Of a stretch of 64,000 bases of DNA, positions 49,501-61,500 are shown piece by piece. Every line of letters begins with the position of its first letter. Position 1 is the stretch's first letter. This DNA comes from Phoronis australis. Lineage: Eukaryota; Animalia; Phoronida. The DNA lies in assembly GCA_002633005.1 (NCBI GenBank), contig NMRA01000334.1:62001-126000 (forward strand). Direction: 5' to 3'. The notes below the pieces were generated by a model, which saw only the letters and a list, made by a program, of their open reading frames with translations, was not told the DNA's origin and made no database searches. The translations under genes and the position numbers were made by a program.

Positions 49501-52500
49501 AAAATAGTTCCCTCTCGTTCGACGGAGTATTGCGGAGCCCGCTTATTGTCATACCCTTGGTTTTGACTTGGAACTATTATACTGAGCAGGATACTCCATT
49601 AAGTGAGTTACGACTTGGTGGTGATCATAACAACCATTATAAGCTAATCATGCCAAGTGGAAAGTCTCAGAGTAAAACAGGTAATGACTGATTTTTACTC
49701 CCGGCTCTGAGATCCAATAAGGATGAATTAGTTTTTAGACAGAAAAGTGAAGGTATGTGAAATGGACAAGAATCAATTTTGCAGATTTTTTTAATGGCAA
49801 TTCCTGGGAATCTGACAATTATTCAGGACATTTTGTGGATTGTTTCACGTTGGTTTAATGGGAAATGGTTGTTTTTTTAACATTTCTTAATAATAACCAG
49901 GATATTCTATTATTCGTTGTGACACTAAGGGGGCTCCACTGTACTAGTAAACCAATTGTATTTTATTTCTGAATAACTTGTAAGTCCAATTCCGTGGTAT
50001 CGCTGTGTCATTTTCCCTGCTGTTTGGTTATAGCTTTACTTCACATTAATGACTTCTTTTGAGATTCGCCGGGTACAGATTCGGCCTCCTGGCCAGAAAA
50101 GGAGTGTGACATGGGTCAGACACAGGTGAGGCGTGAGGGGACATTTGATGTTCCCGTTTGATAGACATGCGAACTTGTCCAGACTGGATGGAAGCCTGGA
50201 TGCGTATCTATTCAGGGGTCGGTCATGAAGAGTGACTTAAGGCCTTAGACAGAAATTTGGTCATGCGCTCTACGCAACTATTTCTGAAAAAATATTTAAA
50301 CCTCACTTGAGCGAGAGTGCAGTATACACATACCTGATATTCATTGAGATAATATTTATAAATATTTATAAATATTTATAAATATTTATATGTATTTATA
50401 AATTATTTCTTGACAGTGATGCGCTCATAATTACTTGGTTAAACCTTTATTTAGCAGTTGTAAAGGGGGAGGGGGTGTAGGATCAAATTTCTGTTGTAGC
50501 ACCCCTGAATATCTTTGTGTTGTGTATTCCAATGTAGTTAATTATGACTTAGAAATTTTTATTTTCAGATTAGTAACTGGTCGAATAATCCCGATCAGTT
50601 TGTGGAAGATGAAGACGATGATACGTTCTCATACAGTGTTAGGATATCGGCTCAAGATCTCTTGTTGGTAAGTTGTTTGTATAGAGGCTGTTCTATAGTC
50701 TTAAGGTTATGCAGGACCCTGGAAAATGTCCAGATTTGGGTAACATTGATCAGTTTCATATGAAATTTCCAGATACAAGCTATTCTTAATGCAAAGTGTT
50801 CTCCAATTGTGTTAGGAGTTGCTTTTAAAATGGTCCACTTCTGCATGAGGAGCTATCGGAAATCTAACTTTAATGGTTTTCCTCAAAATTTGCATGAAAC
50901 CAAAACGAAATGATTGTTTAGAAAAACTAGCGACAGCGAGATTCCTTCTTAAACATTTATATCAAAGAAATTTGGTAATGTCATTTATGTCTTTGTTTTG
51001 TTATCGATGTACCATTCTTTTTTGCTCTATTTTACCTAAAAGACATGGTGACATGACCCAATTAATGAGACATTGTTGTAAAGTCAAACATCAAATTTTA
51101 CACACTTTTAACTTGAAGAAAATGTGTACTGCAGAGTGGTCCGCTCCCAAATACTCATGTGTTAGTGAGCCTGCATGTTGAACATTTGTCTTGAGCTATG
51201 CACTGTTTTCTTCCCACTTCACTGATGAAAATGTCACATCAGGGCAAACACCATGGTCTTTTAATTTTGGATTCTCGCGTTCTTTGCAGTCTTTAGCGAG
51301 TGAGTTCATTGACGAGAGTGCCCCCTCGCTAGTGCAGTGCGTCACACGCCACCTACAGGAAGCTGAAGAAGCTAAGAACTCTGGCAATGAGCAGTGGTGA
51401 GGAACGTAAAGGACGCTGGTGATATTTTTTAAAAGTCATTTTTACTATACTGTGGATAATTTACTCAAATGGCCAAACTCTGTAAAATTTGGATTCATGT
51501 GAAACTTTTAGATGCTATGCTTTATGCAATGTGCTCCAAAGCGCTGTTAGGAGAATTGTTTTGAAAACTTTCCACTTTTGCACGAGGGCTGTCAAAAATG
51601 GGAATTAAAAAGTTGCATAAAATGAAAATGAACCGGTTATTTAGAAAACTACCATCTTGAACGTTTATATCAAATGAAATTTGGTCTCGTTACTGATACT
51701 GTTGTTTTCCTATGGATATAACTTTCTGCTAAATTTTACCAAAAAGACATGGTCAAGTGACCCAATTAATAGTAGATTGATATGAAATTGAAGATAAAAT
51801 TCTACAGGTTTTTTACTTTCATAAAATACACATACACGTGTTTATTTAATAGTTAAAATTTATAGGTTTTAGATAATTGGCTAACGACACCACCAAGTCT
51901 TTTTCATGCTGTAGGTGGAAAATCCATGAGGCAGTCATGTTAACGGTGGGGAGTATAAAGACGATATTCATCGAGGCTTGCAAAGAGCGCAAGGTGGAGT
52001 TCGACATCAATGGGTTCCTACAGAGAGTTGTCTTAGAAGACTTGAATAAGCCAGGTAAAATGTTGCGCAACTGAGGCGCTCTTCAGTAGCGCTAGTATCT
52101 TGAGAGTTCGACGAGATCACGTGAGGCTATGCTAGTGAACGGTATGATCTCGCCAGATTTTCCTGAGTTGACCGACTAGTGTGCGCTATCAACATGGCTG
52201 CCACAGAAGGTGATTCCACGGCTACATCCGTATGTTGAATTAGCCTGTATGAGAGAAAGGGGTACGCTGAAGTTGCTAGTTTGGCGAATAAAAACCGCTA
52301 AAGTTAAGTTGAACAGATATTTTATGTATGTTATACATCAAACTGAATTGCCCAAGCTGCGTGTACTTAATCTGTTCTCTAAAATATTTAGAGGAAGCTT
52401 TGGCACTCAAACGCCAAGGACCTAAATGTGTGCGTGGAAAAAACCTAAACTTCGCGAAAAATTGCAAAATCTTTTCTAGTTTGATTCCAAAGATTTGTTT

Positions 52501-55500
52501 TATACTTTGGCCCTATGACCATATGTATATATTTCAATAAAGATTAATATCAAAAAAGCAATCGAAAGTCTGGTAGACAACAAGGATTTTACAGATTTGG
52601 CGAACAGAATGTTTTGTATTTCAGTCTGTTGCATTCGACAAGAATTCTCGATGCTAACGTCTCGTCAAAGTTATTTTACATGTCTCTGCTCATTTACATA
52701 CAACCCACGTGAGCAAAATTTTTAGGTGAAACCTGTGACTGATTTCGATTTTGATGGTGATGAGAAACCGGTAAATGTGTTTGCCAGTGTTGTTGAGGTT
52801 GTCACCGCTATTCTCTCTACAGCTTTCATTTAAGGTTAGGTTGGACCCTAGAAAAATTTCAAAATTTGGCTAACTTGGAACCTAATTATTGGTTCTCAGA
52901 AATGGCTGATTGAATTCATGCACTCTGGTTTACGTAATGTTCTCCTAAATGATGCTAGCATTTGTTTTTAATTGCTCCACTTTGGGCTATCAAAAACAAT
53001 GTTTTTATGAAAAGGTGAAAAGTTGCTTATTCAATGGAAAACGAAATGTTAACTTTGAAACTTCATTGTATTTTTGAGATTTTATATAGGAACGTTGATG
53101 TTAAATGAAGTTTGGTCACACTGACGCCATTGTTTTGCTATGGTTTTCTCTGTTTGTTGCTTACTTTTACCTAAAAGACGTCATGTGACCCAACTGACGA
53201 CAGATTTGTTTTACTAAGTCGAAAATCAAATTCTGCTTTCAGAAAATATTTACTTTTTCAGTTATTAAAATTCTATAGTTATGGGGGTATTTGGTTCAAT
53301 GCACAAACTTCTCGACAAGGTCCTACATATCCTTGAGTCTTGTCTTGTTTGATTTTCCTACTGTTCTAATAAAATGCACTTATGTTGCAGTTTCGCCATT
53401 TCTCCTGGGAAGATGCTTATGGACAGCCAGTAGATTTGCTTCAGTAATGTCTCCGGAACTGATTCAAAGGTTTGTGCCAAATTCAAGCAGCTATATGGTC
53501 CCTAGTGGGTACACACCAAGTTCTTGCCTATAAGGCAACTGTATGTTAAAATTTTCCATTTTGAGAACCAGTTTCCAATTAGTGAATAACAGACTTCAAA
53601 CTGGTTCTCAAATATGGGCATGTGATATCTGACTTTTGCCTGCTAGTGTTCCTTAAATAATTAAAACGACTATAAACTAGTTGCTGTTACATAATCGGTC
53701 TCATGTTATTTTGTTATTCGGGGCCTTTACTGAGCTGTCAATTTGTTACAGCTTCATACTAGGGTCTGCAAGTTGACATGTCGCGCTATGTCATTTTATT
53801 TGCCGAGCAAAGTCTTAAGCAATACCGAACTGTCGGTTCTTTGCAAGATCGAAAATTATTTCTCATCTGAGTAAGGAACAAGTTAAGACCAATTTTATTG
53901 TGATATGCGGTCTAAGTCAAAAGGTAGATTCTTCTGCGGAACTTGTGTTTGAAATTGCTTATTAAGTAAAATGGCAGGAAACGTGAATTTTGCCAAAGGC
54001 TTGTCAAATATCAGTGTCGTATTTTACATGGTTGCGTTTTGAGTATCTGACTACTTGAGATACCTTTTCAGCTTCCTCCAAGCGACAGTGTCGGGGTTAC
54101 TCCCTCAACAGCCACCTAGTGTGCGTATCTCGGCTGTTCGTGCCGTGTTCGGTTTCTGCGAACATCTGAAGTCCTCCAACGCCACCCATCTCCTGTTGCC
54201 AGTACTTCCAGCCATTTTCGAGGGCTTACTGACAACTGCTCAACAGTTCTCGTCAGAGGTCCTGGCGTTGTGCTTAGAAACTCTAGTCGTCGTTTTATCC
54301 GTAAGTAATTTCGTAACAGGTGTCACTTAGTATCCCACTTTATACAGCAGACTTTCCAGGGTCCGTCTCATGCAAATGTCTTGGGAAATAAGTCCGAAAT
54401 TTCATCTTTCACTCCACTCACCTATTTCCGAAAAATAATTTTAAGGTTTTGTGAGTGCTGTCCTCTTTCAAATGTTCACAAAACTTTTGGCATGAAATGA
54501 GGCACGTTAACTCCTCCTGTATTCTCTGGTTATATTGTGGTTGGATTGAAATCATTGGTGTTATATATGGCTTAATAAACAGCTTCATTCTTATTTTATC
54601 GTTGGAACTGGTCATTTTTAATTTAGCCCTCAATATAACATTCAAGTGCACTCATTATTGCTTAACGCTTGGTGATTTTTTTTGAACTGTTGAACAGTTG
54701 GTTCTAGTCTCTGTTTTTTAAGAAAATTGAGTCTGTGGTTTGGTGTTTTTAGTCGCTCACGTATTCAAAAAAGAAAATCGCCCAATATGAGCAGAAGTGA
54801 TGCAAGATGGAATTTCTGACTTTAGCCTTAAGTCACTTTTCATAAAACAAAGTGGAGCGAAGACAATTGGTTGTTTTGACCCCAACTTGCTATTAATGCA
54901 GGAACAATTACGTGCCTGTCTCCACAAATATGAGTTCTGTATCTTAAATGTACCAATGTTTGCAGCCAGTAGGAGTTGTGCATCACACACGACCATCATC
55001 CGTTACTCACTTCCTGCAGGTTATCTGAGGCGAATGTCTTTTCGATTCTTGAAAAACCTGGAAAATAACGTAGGGTAGTTGTTCGTGAATACGAAACTCC
55101 AAAAATGATTTCGTGAACCAATTTATCCTTTAGTTTGCCGAGTTTTTATCACAAGTTCACAATTTATAGTTATCCTTAGCAATAATGTTTAGCAACCATC
55201 ATGACTAAACATCTACTTTTTATCTGGAAAATAACTTGTTGGAAATGAAAATAATGTCCTGGAAAATTTCGAGCATGTAAACGCAGCATGAGCTGTACCC
55301 AATGTGATGTTTTACCACCAGGGTTGAATGGAAGTATGAAATAATCTTGTGTAAAGTCGGTGTTCAGAAACATGTGGAATGTTAGTAATGCGTCTTTTTC
55401 CAGATTGATTCGTCTTTCACCGCATCTGTCGAAGAGAGAGTCACTCCGTTGTCAATAGCCTTTTTCTTGAAGTTCAGCGGAGGTTGGTATTCTTTACGTG

Positions 55501-58500
55501 TCGCTTAAGATGAAGATGTTTTTCCTTTTTACTAGTTATACATAACGATGTTCAAAATTGTCAAAAATGTGCTTAAGAATAAATCGTTGGAAACCTGTTA
55601 CATAATTAGTCATCACATTTTGAGGAAATTCCAAAGAGAAACGTGGACGTTTCTTGTCCGTATTTGGCACTTCAGCGAACTATGTAGCTGTGCTGCTAAT
55701 AAAATTTTGTCTCGTGCTTGTTTCAGTATCTTCACATGATGTCGATCATAAGGGAGACAAATCCATAGCGCTAGGCAGTGACTGCTTTTTGTTTAGTAAC
55801 AAATATTGAGTTTTGTTTATTACTAATTAGTATGCAGGACTTGTTTCCTCGTTTAATGAGTTTGTTTAAAATCTGCGTTGATATCTGCCAAGTTCCTTGA
55901 TGGATCTTCTTGAAATTTGATATGCGTCTCCTACTGAGGAGATTACTTGGCACGATGTCCAACAATGGCATCTCCTTGTGGCAGTTTTTTTGACGTCTAA
56001 AATTTTTGTTGTATCTTTAAAATTAAGCACATCCCGATCCTGTTCTGTTGAGCTTAGCTGCAGTTGAAGTTAACTTTTGGAGAGTGGCGCTTCATAGTGG
56101 CAATTTTTTTTACCAATTTTAGTTTTCTTTACATCTAGTTCAGTGATGGATCTTCATAAAACCTGGCAAACATGTTCGTATCAAGGATCGAACGCTTGCT
56201 CGCTGCTTTTTGTGTACTCACTGGTATGATTGCTCGTTTACCGGCAGACCCTCTGATCGTCAGCCTATGTCAAGACATCTTCAAGGAGCTCTCCCTGGTG
56301 GAGGTGTGTCGTCAACCCGTACAGCAGAGGCTCCTACCAACACTGAACAGTATACTGCAGGCTCCGGCGGACAAGGTGCCAATGGGCCTGCCATCGGTAT
56401 GTGACCTGTCTTGAGTCTATCTTGTACCAAATTCCAAGAAGTCAAAATGGAAGCAACTGATTTTGAAGTTGCCAGATCCTAGATAGAATTATATTTGGGT
56501 ATATTTTCTACCACCACCAAATAAGACCTGGATGCACAGAATAAAAAAAGAAAAACGACCACCCACCCGCCCGCATAAATTTCAGCCTAGGTCTAGTGTC
56601 ATTTGAAAAAGCTACACAAAATCACATATTATAAGCAAGGTTTGGTTATCCTTTATTTGCTTAAGGATACCCAATAAAGTCCCTTATCATTTTTGCTCGT
56701 CTCGAGTGGATTTTCTTTAGTGAGCATTTGAAAGTACTGTACATGCATTCACCGATACTCAGCAAGCGAGATTGATCGACACAGACTGTATTCAATGACA
56801 AATAGCACTCGATATCCTGGAGACTCGTCCACTGTAGAGAGGTTTCCCCGTCAGATGTCCACATACGTTATATTTTGTCTCATTTTTAGATTTTTTGTTC
56901 ATATTGGAAGCCCTCCTATGCATATGTAGGTGACCCTGTCTCTTCTAGACTGCCCTTGACATCCTGGAGACCCTCGTCCACTATAGTAGAGTCCCCCTGT
57001 CAGATGCCCTCATACATGCTGTAATGTAGTTACTTTAGTTTACCCTAGAGGCCGCTCTTGGTATAACACACAAATTGATGACGTAGCGATAAGTAGTGTC
57101 AAGGTTACTGGTCAGATAATAAATACCAACAAAGAAATCATCTTTATATACAGTACAATGGCGACGAGGATCGAAACGGACTCATTGCATATACTGCACA
57201 TACATCAGGGACACTTCTGATGTGGGTGAGNCATGCATTGTCTCTTCTAGACTGCCCTTGACATCCAGGAGACCCTCGTCCATTGTAGTGGAATCCCCCT
57301 GTCAGATGCCCTCATACATGTATTGTCTCTTCTAGACTGCCCTCGACATCCTGGAGACCCTCGTCCGCAGTAGTGGAGTCCCCCTGTCAGATGCCCTCAT
57401 ACAGATGTTCCCCGTGGCAGCCAGGTGTATAATGACCACTGATGACAACTCAACAATGCAGGTAACACTCAGTGAAGTCATGTTCCGTGCAAGCCGTACT
57501 ACTGATTGAACTGTTCTCAAATGTTTTGTGACTTACTGATTAGTTACAGCAACAACTTAGATGGAATACTTGAAATGCCACATATCCTGGGTGGAAGAAG
57601 AGTCCGGTTTTTTTCTGCAATGGGCTCCACTCCACATCTGAACATTGTTACCAAGTCTCTCATTTTTGCTTCATATTCCAGTAAAACTTCCATAAGTTGA
57701 ACTCAGACATGCGTTAAAAATTCTCCAATTTGGGACTGTCTCTAGAATTTGGGACACGGAAACTCCTATAAAATTGACTTATCTTGATTCTGAAATTTCG
57801 GACAAGGGCGATTTTTGCATTTGTCGTATTTCTCAAATTTCAGACAGTGTGTTTTTTATCTGCAGAGTGCCTGGGTAATTTTGCTGTCTTTCCCGTGATT
57901 GTTGAATTTGGGAAGGCCAGTATTGCCTTTTTATAGAATTTGGGACAAGCTCCAACCTTGAGCAAAATTATTAATTTTTTACTGTCACAGAATCTTTACT
58001 CTAGGTTTGCGGTACGACTATTCATGGAAATCACTTCACATGGATTCAGTTTCGCACTTCTTAAAGTGGAAATTTCAGGCTAATTATTCTCTGTGACTGC
58101 TTGGTCAAATTAGTTAGAAACACGACATATAGTGGCGTTGTCAATATGAAGTAGGTTGAAAATTGCCAATTTTTTAAGAACGCGTTTTGTGTCGAAAACG
58201 ACCGGCTGTAAATCACTCAACTGTGTCCAGTAAGTATCGTGACGTGGTGTTGGGGAATGACACTGCATGATATGGGCTATGAGCCCCCTAGGTATGATAT
58301 TAGTGCAAAGGTCACCTATTTGCAGAATTTCTTGTTTTCACATTTGCAATTTGACAATGAATACATCTGCACTTTAAGGTAGACTATGTTCAAATAGCAT
58401 TTTCTTTTTAGTTCCTGCTGAACATTAGCACACTTAGGAGCATGCAAAAAGTACATATTTTAGTTGTACCTAAAATTTTATTTTATTGGTCTAGTCTGTG

Positions 58501-61500
58501 TGTATGCTGCCTTTCTCTAGTCCTTGCTTTTATTTACAGAGTGGTGGGGAGTGTATTCGTGCATACGTGTCACAGTCTGTGGACCAGGTGGCTCAATGGA
58601 AAGACGAACACGGTAGGCCATATTTGTGGTTTGTTTTAATATCAGGAAGAATTTCTTGAGTTTGTCCATTGCCTCTTTTGTAGCTTGTTTCATCTTTTTG
58701 TTAAAATAAAGTATAGTAAGTGAATTGCTATTTCTGAACTTAAACCATCATTTTGTTAACTTCATATAATAGGGTATTTTAGTTGGAAAATGCCAAGTGA
58801 GTCACGTTGTTTTTTCAAGCACTGAGTCTTAATTTTTCTTCACTCTCCTTAGACAACAATGGCTTGAGCTATGTGGTGCAGGTCGTGTCTCGTCTGCTCG
58901 ACCCTCGCACCTCCGAATACACAGCGTGCTTCGTCGGCCGCCTCGTCTCCATTCTGATCTCCAAGCTTGGTGACGCACTCGGCGAACACCTCAGCCTGAT
59001 GTTGAATGCTGTGTTGATAAAAATGCAAAAAGCAGAAACTCTAAGCGTCATACAGGTAAGGTGAAAAGTCAACGAGTGAGGTCACCTATTGTGTTTACTA
59101 CATTGAAAATGCTAGAGTCTGTCATAATTCATTGGTTATTTTAAAAAACACAAAATTTACTTTCTTGTGAACTAATGTTTCCTTAAATCAGATAAATTAA
59201 TTTATTTTTTTGTTTCGGAAACTATCACATTAAACACCAAAGGGCTGGAAATATTAGTCCTTTGATTGAACCTTTCAGGATCCGAAGGAATTGTTACAAT
59301 ACTTTGAAATCAAAAAGTGTATGTGTTTCTGAAACCATGAACCAGAAAAATTCAGTGGAATACGGTCCTCTTTATCTCTCTTGTTTCGTTGATTATCAGC
59401 TAATGTCACTCTCAGTGCCCGGTCTCAAACTATGCTGCCTTGTGTGTGCATGAGAATGTGTCAGTCATACTCTCCTCCATTTGCATACAGTATTATTGAC
59501 ACAATGCAATTTATACAGTTACAAAAGTTGAATGTTTTGCAGACTGATGTGAACATACATCGGTGTGTCACTGTCTCCAATGTGTCATTCATTGAACTAT
59601 TAGCAACTGTCTAACTTTGTATATTTTTATATAGTTTTCATCAGTTTGTGAATACTTTTACTATTTATTAGACCTTACTTACTGCAAGGCCAAAAATCCA
59701 TAGTTGGCTTCGATCTGTACCCAACTCATTTTGAAACTTGTGCTCACCGACAAAAAGAACCCCTCAAAAATGCCTGGTAACCTCATCAGTTTCAGTTAAG
59801 GTCTCGTGTGTTTTTGTGAAAAGTTGCACGATCTCAAGGAATGCAAGCAAGGCTGACCAAGTTTTAAAGAGTGAGAAAAAATCTCAAACCATTTTTGCTC
59901 GTTTCCGGTGGATTTTTTTTAAATGACGCAGCACCACTGACTCGATTTAAGAGAAAAGACCTGAATCAACTTTGCTGTTTTGCCTTATAAGTTCGTTTGA
60001 ACATGTTCCCTTCACTTGTTAGAAGTGATTTTTGAGCTGAAGCATATCTATGCTCCCATCTTCAAGCTCTTTTTCAGACGAGAGTCACATGACCTGTCGC
60101 TCTTTCAGAATCTAGTCATGGTGTTTGCCCACCTGGTACACTCCCAGTTGCACGCTGTCCTCGACTTCCTGACCAATGTACCTGGGCCTACGGCCAAGCC
60201 TGCCCTCGAATTTGTTCTCAGCGAGTGGTGCTCACGACAACACCTTTTTTACGGTGCTTACGAGGGGAAAGTCAGGTAGGATGCTGCCAACAGGTGGCAT
60301 AATGTTCTCGTGACGTGTTCTTTATTCATACTAGACAAGGGAAGGTAGATATATTGACACTATTGTTAGATGCTGAAATTGAATCATATCAGAAATTATT
60401 TAATGAAGAGTAAGTCAAATCTGCAAATTCACCAATAGGTGTCTCTGTGTGTTGAAGGAGGGAGTGTTAATGAACAACGTCGCTACCACTTTTTGTTTGT
60501 CAAAATGGCTAGTTTGACAACATGTCAATTCCAAACACCTATCATTCAATGTATCTGGTACAAATGAAATGAAACACTTGCCTGGTTTTCGTTTTCACAA
60601 GAGCATAGCAAGACTAAATGAGCCAAACCTAGTTGGCGTGTTTTCAAGTCAACACACAGCAAAAGTTCGTGACCACCAAAGTTCACTCGAGACTTGGCTC
60701 AAAAGTTGACCAATTACATGGAATATTTCATGTCAACTTTCAAGTTTCATGCAATGTGATTAATCAACTTCCGAGTCAAATCTCACGTCAGTTATGTTTG
60801 ATATCAGGCCCGGGTAAATGACCCATTGGTACAAACCGTATGATAGTTCATTGATCCATTGGTACAGACTCCATGACAGTTCATTACAGCACAGTTCCCA
60901 AATATATAGATGCGACACTTAGACATCTAGGGGACGACGCTGGTGGGGGACACCCCTTGCCAACCTCTAGATGTCTGAGTGCTGGCTCTTGAACAAAATA
61001 TTAGTGAACTGTACTTTATGTCCTCATAAAACCAGTTGAGCAAGGGTCAGAATCATCTTATTCATGGTCATTTTCTATTCTAGTGCTGTTGCCTTGGTGA
61101 AGCTACTTGAGCATGCAATGAACACAAACGATGAACGACTGTGGGAGACAAAAATCAAGGGGGAGCAGATTTATGATCAAGGCGCGGGCATTAGAACGCG
61201 GTCCAAGGCGGATAAAGGTATAAGCTGCTCAGGTTTTCAAGTCTACTCAGATGCATTGCCATAGTGATGTGTTGGGATTTTCGCATTTCAAAGCCTCGTC
61301 AGGATATTGGTCTCGCAGTTCTTGATAATGAGTGGGAAAGGTTGCGAAATAGTATTATTGGTCACGAACGAACAAGGTAAAGCAATAATGCTTGTAAAAT
61401 CTCACACAATATGGACAAGTGAATTTTTTTCTTAATTTTTCATGAAAGATTGTAGCGTCAAATGAATCATTTACCATTTTCAAGCTACAAATCGTAGATT

